A stretch of 64,000 nt of DNA from assembly GCA_013204585.1 (NCBI GenBank), contig JABMNL010000009.1:22058-86057 (forward strand), written 5' to 3'. The translations under genes and the position numbers were made by a program. This document shows, piece by piece, positions 1 to 8,790 of the stretch (positions are counted from its first letter, which is position 1; the number at the start of each line of letters is the position of its first letter). The notes beneath the pieces were generated by a model that saw nothing but the letters and a program-made list of their open reading frames with translations, ran no database searches and was not told the origin of the DNA. The stretch is from SAR202 cluster bacterium. GTDB taxonomy: Bacteria > Chloroflexota > Dehalococcoidia > Lucifugimonadales > UBA3495.

Positions 1-380
1 CAGAGGGGTCCGGTGGCGGCGGCGGCAACCTCTTCCATACTGCAGTTGGACGAGGTGCTGAGCATCATCAGGGTATTCGATCGGCCAGCGGCCCTGGCGG
101 TGGCTACTTCGGCGTCAGGATGGGCGATGCCGTGGCTGCCAGCGGGGCAGACAAAGACCGGCATGCTAATGTCTTGGCCGAGCATGGTGGTCGCAATCTT
201 GCGCTCTTCCACACTGCGCATGAACCGGGGGCGAATCGACAGTTGGTCGAAGGCGGTGCGGTTGCGCTTGGTGGTGATTTCGTCCATGGCTCCGGCGTCA
301 ACAAAGTCCCAGTTGTCGTGGGGCATTGCCAGCTTCGCCCGGGCCTCGTAGTCGTAAAGATTTATGGGGTCGTTTGCCAT
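1..380 (-). CDS. FMN-dependent alpha-hydroxy-acid dehydrogenase/oxidase (glycolate oxidase / LldD family), N-terminal part; continues past the window start
   Basis: Not in the ORF track because it runs off the edge. My minus-strand translation from ATG 380..378 reads MANDPINLYDYEARAKLAMPHDNWDFVDAGAMDEITTKRNRTAFDQLSIRPRFMRSV...SMPVFVCPAGSHGIAHPDAEVATARAA, which is the conserved FMN_dh N-terminus. GGAGGA lies 4 nt upstream. Confidence 0.75.
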   Translation of the reverse strand, partial: MANDPINLYDYEARAKLAMPHDNWDFVDAGAMDEITTKRNRTAFDQLSIRPRFMRSVEERKIATTMLGQDISMPVFVCPAGSHGIAHPDAEVATARAAGRSNTLMMLSTSSNCSMEEVAAAATGPL

Positions 381-537
381 TGGGTCCTCCTGCTTGTGTG
401 AGTGGATGCGATACGCTCTCGGTGAACAGCGGCCAGCCCGGCCAGTTATGTCAATAAAGGACCATTCACCGCGAGGTCAAAATCGAAATTACTCTAACCC
501 GAACCGGGCGCGCTGGCAAGAGGACATCATAGACGAA

Positions 538-575
538 ACAAAAAAGGGCCTGACAAAGTCAGGCCCCTTTTTATT
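538..575 (-). terminator. Intrinsic terminator after the oxidoreductase operon (usable in both directions)
   Basis: GGGCCTGAC-AAA-GTCAGGCCC, a 9-bp stem (546..566), flanked by an A-run on the left and a T-run on the right. It lies about 50 nt downstream of the stop at 619 on the minus strand. Confidence 0.7.
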
Positions 576-618
576 ATTTACGCTTGCAACCAAAGGTATT
601 TAGCGTACGCAGTACCGT

Positions 619-1614
619 CTAGGCGTCGTCTTGGCCGGGGGTGATGGGGACCAAGCCTGGTATCCACCATTTCTCCCATTGCTCGTCTACCCTTTCCTGG
701 AAGTATTTGATGTCTTCCGGGAGGAAGTGGGCGAACCGACCCTGACGCATCAGGTATTCTTCCACCGGCTTTCGCTTACGGATACCCTTGGCGATGGCCC
801 GGCTGGGGCCGTTGAGAATCAACTCGCCGTCGGTAATTTCGTACTGAATCCACAGGCCGGTCTCGATGGCCAGCATCCCCAACTCGTGGGAGTACTTGGG
901 GTCGTAGTCCCAGCCCTTGGGGCAGGGGTCGAAGCAGTGGAGGAACGTAGGACCGCCGACAGTTAAGGCGCGGCGCACCTTGTTGTTGAAGTCCAAGCCA
1001 TAGGACGCGCAGGCCGTGGCCACGTACTTCATGTCGGGGTGGCCGACTGCCATCATGGGGGCCATGTTCTTCTTCCACTTGGTGTTCATTATCCGGGTTT
1101 CTTTGCCCGGAGGACTGAACGTGGTGTTGGCGCCCCAAGGAGTGCTACCCGACACCTGGATATCGGTGTTGGCGTAGGACTCGTTGTCGTAACACACGAT
1201 GAGCAGGTTGTATTCTTGGTGCTGTAGGGCCGCCGATATGGCGGATAGCCCCATGTCCACACCGCCGCCGTCGCCGCAGAAGGCAATGACGTTGATGGGT
1301 TCATCTTGCATCTTGCCCTTGCGCATCATAGAAGACAGGCCAGCGGCGGTGCCGATGGCAGCGGAACCCGCTGAGCCGAGCTGAGTATGCATCCACGGCA
1401 CTACCCACGGGGTGCTGTAGTAAGTGGTGTTGGCCACGTACATGCAGCCGGTGCTGCCGAGTACGATGGTACGTTGACCGGCGGCCTTAATCATTAGCCG
1501 CATTACCAGAGCTGATTCGCAGCCCTGGCAGGTCCGGTGACCAGAGGTATAGAACTCTTCTAGAGGGATATCCTTAACTCCCCTTATCTGGGGAAGATCT
1601 TGCACAGTTGCCAT
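619..1614 (-). CDS. 2-oxoacid (pyruvate-type):ferredoxin oxidoreductase, beta (TPP-binding) subunit
   Basis: 331 aa. Has CQGC near the N-terminus and the TPP/Mg site FCGDGGGVDMG..NESYANT. Sits directly downstream of the alpha subunit. Confidence 0.85.
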   Translation of the reverse strand: MATVQDLPQIRGVKDIPLEEFYTSGHRTCQGCESALVMRLMIKAAGQRTIVLGSTGCMYVANTTYYSTPWVVPWMHTQLGSAGSAAIGTAAGLSSMMRKGKMQDEPINVIAFCGDGGGVDMGLSAISAALQHQEYNLLIVCYDNESYANTDIQVSGSTPWGANTTFSPPGKETRIMNTKWKKNMAPMMAVGHPDMKYVATACASYGLDFNNKVRRALTVGGPTFLHCFDPCPKGWDYDPKYSHELGMLAIETGLWIQYEITDGELILNGPSRAIAKGIRKRKPVEEYLMRQGRFAHFLPEDIKYFQERVDEQWEKWWIPGLVPITPGQDDA

Positions 1615-1619
1615 TTTTA

Positions 1620-2843
1620 TTACTCCCTTACCGATACCCAGGTAGTCGTTTGTTCAATTTTACCAGTGTCGATGGCTTTTTGAGTGGTGTCTACCATGTC
1701 ATTTACGTCGGTGACCTTAACTTCCCGGCCGCCCAGACCCGCGATGAAGTTCAACATCAGGGGACGTTCTTCCAGGGGGTAAAGGGCTGAACGTAGTTCG
1801 TGGAATAGGACTCCTCCGTACTGCGGTGAGCCGTAAGAATAGTCGCGGTCGATGACCGCCACGCCTTTGGCGCCGCGCAACGCGTTCTGAATCTCTTCAG
1901 TGGCGAAGGGCCTAAAGAATTTTATTCGCAGGAATCCAACCTTTTTGCCAGCTTCCCGCATGCGGCGAACCGCCACCCTGGTCGGCATGGCAAGGGTGCC
2001 CATTCCCACCAGGATAATCTCGGCGTCCTCGCACATGTACTCTTCGATGAACGGGCTGGGGTCGCCGCGGCCAAAGATCTCTTTGAACTCGTCGTAGGCC
2101 TCGATAATCACTGCCGAAGTGCGGCGCATGGCTTCGTCGGTCTGGCGGCGAATCTCCATCAACCAGTCCTCGTTAACCTGAGGGGCGATGGTAATGGGGT
2201 TGTTTGGGTGTAACTGTAGTTCGCCTCGGGTGTAAGGAGGCAGGAACTTTTTCACTTGGTCCTGCGAGGGAACCTGCACAATGGCCTGGGAGTGAGTTAG
2301 GAACGACCCGTCGCAGCTAAGGGCAAAGGGCAGTAGCACCCGTGGGTCTTCGGCGACTCGCCACGCCATCAGGGCCATATCCAGCGCCTCTTGAGCGGTG
2401 GCAACCCAATATAGGTGCCAGCCCAGGTCGCGCACGGCCATGGCGTCGTTGTGCTCCACTCCGAAGGCGCCGGGGTCATCAAGCGCCCGGTTGCCCACCA
2501 TTGCTACCACGGGCATCCGCAGCCCGGCGGTGACAGTGATGGCTTCGAAAGCGTAGAACCAACCCACACCGCTGGACCCGGAGAACGTCCGGGCACCCAC
2601 GGCGGAGGCGTGCTTCACAATCTCGAACTGGGAATGCTCGCTCTCGGCAACAATGAAATCGCAGTCGAAAGCGCCGTCGGCCTTAAGACGGGACACGTAT
2701 TGCATCACGGTGTCGTAGGGTCGGATGGGGTAGGCGGTGATAACGTCAACGTCGGCGAGGGCGCAGGCGATGCCCACGGCTTCACTGCCGCTGATTAGCT
2801 CCTCTTTGGCCTCTTGATAGAGCCCTGACTGTACGGTGGCCAT
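1620..2843 (-). CDS. 2-oxoacid:ferredoxin oxidoreductase, alpha subunit
   Basis: 407 aa with PorA/VorA-like sequence (GSEAVGIACALADVDVITAYPIRP...). Its start overlaps the upstream stop (TAATG). Confidence 0.85.
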   Translation of the reverse strand: MATVQSGLYQEAKEELISGSEAVGIACALADVDVITAYPIRPYDTVMQYVSRLKADGAFDCDFIVAESEHSQFEIVKHASAVGARTFSGSSGVGWFYAFEAITVTAGLRMPVVAMVGNRALDDPGAFGVEHNDAMAVRDLGWHLYWVATAQEALDMALMAWRVAEDPRVLLPFALSCDGSFLTHSQAIVQVPSQDQVKKFLPPYTRGELQLHPNNPITIAPQVNEDWLMEIRRQTDEAMRRTSAVIIEAYDEFKEIFGRGDPSPFIEEYMCEDAEIILVGMGTLAMPTRVAVRRMREAGKKVGFLRIKFFRPFATEEIQNALRGAKGVAVIDRDYSYGSPQYGGVLFHELRSALYPLEERPLMLNFIAGLGGREVKVTDVNDMVDTTQKAIDTGKIEQTTTWVSVRE

Positions 2844-3994
2844 TAGGCTTCCTCCGTCGTATTAATCTCTTCAGCGTATCCGCCGACGTGGTGGAAACCA
2901 TGGGTCCTAGTCTCGGACTTCTGCTTCTCCACTAGAACCGTCATCCATTTTTTATAGCCATCTTTGTCGGCGGTCCAAGCGTCCCATTGGCTGTTGTTGT
3001 CGTTGAACTCGGGTTCGCCCACCATGGTTACGCAGTCGGGAACCGGGCAAACAGACTCGCAGACACCGCAACCGCAGCACGCTTCCATGTTGGCGTCATA
3101 AAGACCGTCGGGAGTAACGTCGAAGCAGGTGTCGGGGCACTGGAGCCAGCAGAGTGTGCATTTAATGCAGGTGTCGAAGTTGATTACCGGCCGCATGGAC
3201 CGGGTACTCCACTTCTTGAAAGTTTCGTTGCGGGTGGGTGTGTAACCCGTTTCGCCGCCTCTGAACCCACCACCTTCGCCGATGGCGCGAATTACTAGGC
3301 CTTCTTCCATTGTCTTCCAACCGGGCATGTCGAAGCTGAACGGGGTTTCGGAGTTGCCCTCGCCGGGTTCAACGGGACGGGTGGCGGTGCGGTCGTGGGC
3401 CCGCTGGAGCGAGGCGACTTTGGTGTCGCTGCCGGTCTGTTCTTGAATGGTCTCTAGCATGGCTTCCAGACTTACCAGCTCGGGACAGACCTTGCAAAGT
3501 GCGCCCAAGACCCGCATGTCGGTGTGGTCGTCTTTGTAAACCCAGAGACCGGAGAAGCTCACGGTGCTGGGAATGATGGCCAAATCGTAGGCAGTGTCCT
3601 TCTGATGGATATCCTCGATTAGGGAGTCGGCATCCTGGCGGGAGGTCACAATAAGCGTGCCGCCGGGTTTGGTCAGCTCGTTAATCGGCTGTAGGCCGTA
3701 CCAGGCCCAGGATTCAAGGCCCTTACAGAGAGTGTCGTCAACGTTAATGGTGACATCCACTGCGGTCGCCTCATAGACAGCTAGGCTCTCTTCCAGTTCC
3801 AAGGCAGTATCGGCAACAATGGCGAATTGCTTAGCCGGAATGCCGTTCCTTTCGGGAGAGTCGCTGTACCGGCCAAAGGCAGTGCCAATCTTGCCGTCTT
3901 TGCGGGCGGCGAAAACAATGTTTCGAACGATGTTCCGGGCCAGAGTCCGCTGGAAAATGCCCCGGTACACCACCTCAACAGCTCGGGTGGCCAT
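2843..3994 (-). CDS. 2-oxoacid:ferredoxin oxidoreductase, fused gamma + delta (2x[4Fe-4S] ferredoxin) subunit
   Basis: 383 aa. The N-terminal ~200 aa are gamma-like. The C-terminus carries CIKCTLCWLQCP and CCGCGVCESVCP cluster motifs. Confidence 0.8.
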   Translation of the reverse strand: MATRAVEVVYRGIFQRTLARNIVRNIVFAARKDGKIGTAFGRYSDSPERNGIPAKQFAIVADTALELEESLAVYEATAVDVTINVDDTLCKGLESWAWYGLQPINELTKPGGTLIVTSRQDADSLIEDIHQKDTAYDLAIIPSTVSFSGLWVYKDDHTDMRVLGALCKVCPELVSLEAMLETIQEQTGSDTKVASLQRAHDRTATRPVEPGEGNSETPFSFDMPGWKTMEEGLVIRAIGEGGGFRGGETGYTPTRNETFKKWSTRSMRPVINFDTCIKCTLCWLQCPDTCFDVTPDGLYDANMEACCGCGVCESVCPVPDCVTMVGEPEFNDNNSQWDAWTADKDGYKKWMTVLVEKQKSETRTHGFHHVGGYAEEINTTEEA

Positions 3995-4069
3995 AGGTCT
4001 CCTCCTCAGATTTTAGTTTCTGTTTTATGCTTTGACGTCTGGCACTCGTGCCGAGACGTATGGATGCCG

Positions 4070-4801
4070 TTATTGATTTATGACGGTGGACGGAAAGACC
4101 GCAGAAGGCTCCACTGCGGTCAAATGATGCTCCATGGCATCCCGTGCGCCAACGTAATCTTTAGCTTGAATCATCTCTAGGATGTGGTGATGGGAAGCAA
4201 GCGACCGTTCCGCCCGGCCCGGCAGTTGCAGCGACTGGTCACGGGACTTCTGCAACACGTCTTCCACCGCGCTTACTACCTTAACTAGGGCCGCGTTGTG
4301 GGTGGCAGTGGCCAGGGCAAAGTGGAACTTAGTGTCTGCGTCCACGCCGGTTTCGCCCTCCATTATCTGTCGCTGTTGCTCTTCCAAAATGAGAGCCAAA
4401 CGTTCCACGTCTTCTGGGGTTGCCTTCTGCGCTGCCAAAGCAGCCAACTGGGGCTCAAGAAGGTGGCGCACTTCGAAGATGTCGCGAAGCTGGTTCTCGC
4501 CCGCGCCCAGTTCAGTGTCTAGACTTGATGTCATCAAGGCTGCCACAGCGTTCAGGCTTTGGGTATTGATGAAGGTTCCCGAACCATGCTTGCTAACCAC
4601 CAAGCCCTGCAGTTCCAGAGTCCTGATTGCTTCTCTGACCGAACTGCGACTTACCTTTAACTGCTCCGCCAGCACTCGCTCCGACGGAAGTTTGGCGCCG
4701 TGTTCCAGTGTCCCTTGCTGTATCAGCGCATGGAATCGCTGCACAATGGACTCATGAAGCCGCTGGCCCTGAAGGTTATGTAATTCGGATTGCATTTGCA
4801 T
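4070..4801 (-). CDS. GntR-family transcriptional regulator, FadR/PdhR/LldR subfamily (FCD domain)
   Basis: 243 aa. N-terminal winged HTH (LPSERVLAEQLKVSRSSVREAIRTLELQGLVVSKHGSGTFI) and a helical C-terminal FCD-like domain. Confidence 0.85.
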   Translation of the reverse strand: MQMQSELHNLQGQRLHESIVQRFHALIQQGTLEHGAKLPSERVLAEQLKVSRSSVREAIRTLELQGLVVSKHGSGTFINTQSLNAVAALMTSSLDTELGAGENQLRDIFEVRHLLEPQLAALAAQKATPEDVERLALILEEQQRQIMEGETGVDADTKFHFALATATHNAALVKVVSAVEDVLQKSRDQSLQLPGRAERSLASHHHILEMIQAKDYVGARDAMEHHLTAVEPSAVFPSTVINQ

Positions 4802-4837
4802 GGTTATGCATGGTTAATTTGCATGGTTAATTTGCAT
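4797..4837. repeat. Tandem TGCATGGTTA(ATT) units spanning the gntR start codon and 5' region
   Basis: TGCATGGTTA at 4797, TGCATGGTTAATT at 4807 and 4820, and TGCAT at 4833. Each unit contains a minus-strand ATG. Confidence 0.8.
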
Positions 4838-4844
4838 AGATATA

Positions 4845-4861
4845 AAGTGGTCAGACCACTT
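4845..4861. promoter_or_regulatory. Candidate GntR/PdhR-type operator (perfect 8-1-8 palindrome)
   Basis: AAGTGGTCAGACCACTT contains the TGGT-N3-ACCA core typical of FadR-subfamily operators. It lies 44 nt upstream of the gntR ATG, next to a TATATC hexamer on the minus strand, in the divergent intergenic region. Confidence 0.55.
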
Positions 4862-4916
4862 GCAGGTTCCGCAGAATTATACACTCCCCCTAGGCGTTGT
4901 CAAGGCGTGGCGCAGC

Positions 4917-4960
4917 AGGCCGAATTCAGGCCGGATTCAGGCCGAATTCAGGCCGAATTC
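4917..4960. repeat. 11-bp tandem repeat x4 (AGGCCGAATTC; the second unit is AGGCCGGATTC)
   Basis: Read directly from the sequence. Three units contain GAATTC. Confidence 0.9.
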
Positions 4961-5123
4961 AATGGGAATTTGGGAGAATCGGAACAACGATTCGCGGTCG
5001 GCAAGTGGACAATAACGGCGGAATTGGTTGGCTTTACTGCCTGGCCGACAGCACTACCTGGGAGTATAATCGCCGCGTGATAACCCAGCTTCGAGTCTCG
5101 GGGCTTCTTGAGGTGCGCTCAAT

Positions 5124-6353
5124 TTGGAAGATGTGATTGTGGTGGGAGCCGGCCCTGCTGGCAACAACGCTGCCCTGACATTGGCCTCGAAAGGCTACGG
5201 CGTTACCGTCATCGATTCAAGAGAAAATATCGGCGACAAACTCTGTACCGGACTGGTTGGTGAGGAATGTTTTCGCCGTTACCCCATAGACCCTTCCCTG
5301 GTCTATCGTGAAATAAACTCTGCCAGCATTGTCGCCCCTTCATCTGAAGGTGTCAGATTTGAGACCCCGCGGCCGGTGGCCCGTGTCGTAAATCGCGTGG
5401 CCTATGTCGCTTCATTTGCCGAGCGGGCTAAAGAAGCCGGAGCCCAATATTTATTGGGGCCGCGTGTATCACAGGTAGAACAGCAAAAGGACCGGGTGTC
5501 GGTTGTTACCAATGATGGGACTTTAGAGGCCAGGGCATTGGTATTGGCCGCTGGATTTGGCTCCCAATTGAATCGTCAGTTGGGACTGGGTGAAGCCTCA
5601 GACTACGTGGTCGGGGTGCAAGCCCTGGTGGAAACCGAAGGACTGGACGAAGTTGAAGTGTACGTGGGCCGAAACGTGGCCCCTGGGTTCTTCGCCTGGT
5701 TGGTACCGACCCAGCCTGGTTATGCTCTAGCTGGTCTCCTGGTGCGAAAGGATGCCCCGGAGCGGTTTGCCCAATTCATATCTGCCCGGAAGGCGGAAGG
5801 AAAGATTAAGGGCTCGGTATCCAAGGCCACCTGCTGGGGAATTCCCCTGCGTCCGTTGCGCAAGACTTACTCGGACCGGGTTTTGGTGGTCGGAGACGCG
5901 GCCGGTCAGGTAAAACCAACCACCGGCGGCGGCATCTTCTACTCCCTCATGGCCAGCGAGTTCGCCTCCAAAGCGTTGGATGAAGCTCTCCAAGAGGACC
6001 GGTTGTCTGCCAACCGTTTGAGCTCATATCAGAGAGAGTGGAAGGGCTTGCTATCAAAGGAGTTGGAAGTCGGCTACTCGGCCCGCCGCCTGTTTGAGTA
6101 CTTGGGAGACAGCCATATCAGCTCCCTCATCCAACAAGCTAGCAAAAATGGATTTGTTGCCGAGTTGGCCAATTCTCCAGAGGTTTCCTTTGACTGGCAC
6201 AGTTCGATGATTGGCAAGATTATGGGCCACCCAACTTTGGGCGGCGTCCTGAAAATGGTGAACCCGTTCCTGGCGAGGATGGCAAAAGTTCCTGAACCAG
6301 CAGATATGTACCCTTCGGAAGAGGTAATGGCGGAGTCCATGTCTCGGGTCTAA
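5124..6353 (+). CDS. Geranylgeranyl-reductase-family FAD-dependent oxidoreductase
   Basis: 409 aa. N-terminal Rossmann motif VIVVGAGPAGNNAAL plus the GDAAGQVKPTTGGGI motif. TTG start with GAGGTG upstream. Confidence 0.75.
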   Translation: MEDVIVVGAGPAGNNAALTLASKGYGVTVIDSRENIGDKLCTGLVGEECFRRYPIDPSLVYREINSASIVAPSSEGVRFETPRPVARVVNRVAYVASFAERAKEAGAQYLLGPRVSQVEQQKDRVSVVTNDGTLEARALVLAAGFGSQLNRQLGLGEASDYVVGVQALVETEGLDEVEVYVGRNVAPGFFAWLVPTQPGYALAGLLVRKDAPERFAQFISARKAEGKIKGSVSKATCWGIPLRPLRKTYSDRVLVVGDAAGQVKPTTGGGIFYSLMASEFASKALDEALQEDRLSANRLSSYQREWKGLLSKELEVGYSARRLFEYLGDSHISSLIQQASKNGFVAELANSPEVSFDWHSSMIGKIMGHPTLGGVLKMVNPFLARMAKVPEPADMYPSEEVMAESMSRV

Positions 6354-6403
6354 TAGTCGCCCATAGCAGACTATAATTAAAGACTAAGCCCCCAACTAAG
6401 GCG

Positions 6404-7783
6404 GTGGACCGTATGACCCAGCGGCTCCGTATCGTCCGTCTCTTCTTCGTCGCTCTCTCGTTAAGTCTGGTGTTTACCGGACTGCTGGGTCCGATTTTGG
6501 CCCACGCCCAAGCTCCAACTCCCCCTAATGCCTTGGTAATCACCGTTGACGGCATTATCAACTCCGTTAAAGAGCGGTTCATTTCCCGCGCCATTGAACA
6601 AGCCCACGAAGACGGAGCCACGCTTCTGGTAATTCAACTGGACACCCCTGGGGGTCTGTTGGGTGCCACCAGGGAGATAGTTGAATTGCTGCTTGAGTCG
6701 CCGGTTCCAGTGGCGGTGTTCGTCTCGCCAAGGGGTGCCAGGGCCGGTTCAGCTGGAACCTTTATCACGGCGGCAGGCAACTTCGCGGTCATGGCCCCGG
6801 GAACCAACATTGGAGCGGCCACTCCCATTTCCAGCACCGGGCAAGACCTGGAAGAGACTCTGGCAACCAAGGTTGAGAATGACACCGCCGCTCTAATAAG
6901 GAGCATCGCCCAGGAGCGGGGACGCAACGAAGACAAGCTAGAGGAAACCGTCCGGTCGGCGGCTTCATACTCAGCCCAGGAAGCGGTGGCGGACAACGTG
7001 GTTGATTTCATCGCCAATAACCTGGACGACCTTTTGTCGCAACTCAACGGCCAAACGGCGGAAACTTCATTGGGGACAGTGGTGCTAGAGACCCAGGGTT
7101 TGGAAATTCGTTCACTCGGGAAGAGTGTGCTAGAGCACTTCTTGGAGTTCATTTCCGATCCCAACGTTTCCTTCATCTTGCTGACCGTTGGCGGCCTGGG
7201 GGTTATGGTCGAGATGTACAACCCCGGACTCGTCGCTCCCGGAGTCGTGGGGGTAATCTGCCTCTTGTTGGCCTTCTTGGCACTGGGAAACCTCCCAGTC
7301 AACTGGGCCGGTGTGGTGTTCATTCTGCTGGCTATGGCCCTAATTGGACTGGAAGTAGTGGTGGCGGGCTTTGGAATATTGGGCGTGGGCGCAGTCGTAA
7401 GTCTTATCGTTGGCGGTCTCCTGCTATTCACGCAGTTCGGTGACGTCTCACCAACACTGCCTTCAATCTCGGTGAATAGGTGGTTATTGGCCGGTACCGG
7501 TGGCACGGCTGCCGTCTCCCTGGGGTATGTGATGCGAATGGCCTACCAGTCACGGAAAGAAGGGCTTCCGCAGAAGGCTGCGGCCCTCATCGGCGCCATC
7601 GGTACGGTAACCGGAGAACTGGCTCCCACAGGGATTGTTCTAGTAGGAAATGAAACATGGACAGCCATAAGTGAAGATGGTAGTGTGATTTCAATTGGCG
7701 AGCAGGTCGAAGTAAAGAGTGTGAATGGCCTGGTCGTGACTGTATTCCGGCATACTGATTCATATTATCAAGATATCTCGTAA
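6404..7783 (+). CDS. NfeD-family membrane-bound ClpP-class serine protease (long form)
   Basis: 459 aa. Signal/TM segment, ClpP-like domain (LDTPGGL..GSAGTFI), a block of TM helices and a C-terminal NfeD OB-fold tail. Sits upstream of the SPFH gene. Confidence 0.8.
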   Translation: MDRMTQRLRIVRLFFVALSLSLVFTGLLGPILAHAQAPTPPNALVITVDGIINSVKERFISRAIEQAHEDGATLLVIQLDTPGGLLGATREIVELLLESPVPVAVFVSPRGARAGSAGTFITAAGNFAVMAPGTNIGAATPISSTGQDLEETLATKVENDTAALIRSIAQERGRNEDKLEETVRSAASYSAQEAVADNVVDFIANNLDDLLSQLNGQTAETSLGTVVLETQGLEIRSLGKSVLEHFLEFISDPNVSFILLTVGGLGVMVEMYNPGLVAPGVVGVICLLLAFLALGNLPVNWAGVVFILLAMALIGLEVVVAGFGILGVGAVVSLIVGGLLLFTQFGDVSPTLPSISVNRWLLAGTGGTAAVSLGYVMRMAYQSRKEGLPQKAAALIGAIGTVTGELAPTGIVLVGNETWTAISEDGSVISIGEQVEVKSVNGLVVTVFRHTDSYYQDIS

Positions 7784-7836
7784 TACAACTAGTTAACACG
7801 TAACTCATTTAATACCCGCTCTATAGGGAGAATCTT

Positions 7837-8703
7837 ATGGCAATGGGACTGGTTTTGGTACAGCAGTACCAACGGATAGTAGTACAGAAATTTGGCACAT
7901 TTGTGGGAACCAAAGGTTCTGGCTTGCACTTCCTAATTCCCTTCGTTTTCCACGGCATCAAGGTTGACCTGCGAGAGCGGGTGACCCGGGTGCCAACCCA
8001 GAAATACATCACCGCCGACAACGTGGTGGTGGACATGGACTTTGTCATCTACTACCGGGTGATGGAGGCAATGGCCGAACGGGCGGTGCTGGAGGTTCAG
8101 AACTTTGAGTTGGCAGTGGTGAACTTGGCTTTCGCGACGTTGAGGGCCGTGATTGGCGCGACGACTTTGTCGGATGCATTGGCGGAAAGGGAGCGTATTC
8201 GGGACGCGCTCCAGGTTCGGATGGACGAAGTAACTGAACGCTGGGGAGTGAAGATATCCCAGGTAGAAATAAATGAGATTGACCCGCCTCCCGGTGTAAA
8301 AGCGGCCATGGAGCGGGAGAAATCGGCCGAAGCCATCAAGACCGCTGAGATTACTGAGTCCGAGGGGGCCAGACAGTCTCAGATTAACCGCGCCGAAGGC
8401 GAGAAACAGTCGGCAATTCTAACCGCAGAGGGCGAACGTCAGTCGAACATTCTCCAGGCTGAGGGCGATCAGCAGGCGGCGGTGCTCCGGGCCCAGGGTT
8501 TCAGCGAAGCCTTGGAACGCATCAATAGTGTTGCGAGCACAGCCGACGGGCGCACCATGAGTCTTCAGTACTTCGAGACCTTGAAATCGCTGGGCGAAAG
8601 TCCGTCAACCAAGTGGATATTCCCAATGGAGTTTACCTCCATGTTGGGCAATTTCTTGGGCATGGGCGCCAGCCAAGGAAACGGAGATGGCAAGTCCAAC
8701 TAA
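7837..8703 (+). CDS. SPFH/band-7 (stomatin-like) membrane protein
   Basis: 288 aa. SPFH core followed by Ala/Glu-rich repeats (AEGEKQSAILTAEGERQSNILQAEGDQQAAVLRAQG). Confidence 0.85.
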   Translation: MAMGLVLVQQYQRIVVQKFGTFVGTKGSGLHFLIPFVFHGIKVDLRERVTRVPTQKYITADNVVVDMDFVIYYRVMEAMAERAVLEVQNFELAVVNLAFATLRAVIGATTLSDALAERERIRDALQVRMDEVTERWGVKISQVEINEIDPPPGVKAAMEREKSAEAIKTAEITESEGARQSQINRAEGEKQSAILTAEGERQSNILQAEGDQQAAVLRAQGFSEALERINSVASTADGRTMSLQYFETLKSLGESPSTKWIFPMEFTSMLGNFLGMGASQGNGDGKSN

Positions 8704-8740
8704 ATCCCGGCTAAACACCTGGCCGACACAGGAATAGTTA

Positions 8741-8786
8741 AAGGCCATCCTTCCTGCGGCGGAACCGCAGGAAGGATGGCCTTTTT
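8741..8786. terminator. Bidirectional intrinsic terminator between the convergent SPFH and hpf genes
   Basis: AGGCCATCCTTCCTGCGG...CCGCAGGAAGGATGGCCT, an ~18-bp stem with an A-run on the left and a T-run on the right. Confidence 0.8.
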
Positions 8787-8790
8787 GCGT

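Noticed and set aside
4797-4960. I considered whether the tandem repeats (4797..4837, 4917..4960, 11859..11913, 50603..50644) could be a CRISPR array.
   Set aside because: The units are 10-15 bp and directly abutting, with no spacers, and there are no cas genes. They are micro/minisatellites.
6634-7506. Long shadow ORFs overlapping real genes: antisense ORFs 6634..7506 (-), 16951..17727 (+), 28804..29568 (+), 30179..30895 (+), 56894..57502 (-) and 55634..56107 (-), plus the same-strand, alternative-frame ORF 12929..13537 (-) inside cysS.
   Set aside because: These are typical GC-rich shadow frames with low-complexity Ser/Pro/Arg/Ala composition. Each is fully contained in a gene with clear homology.
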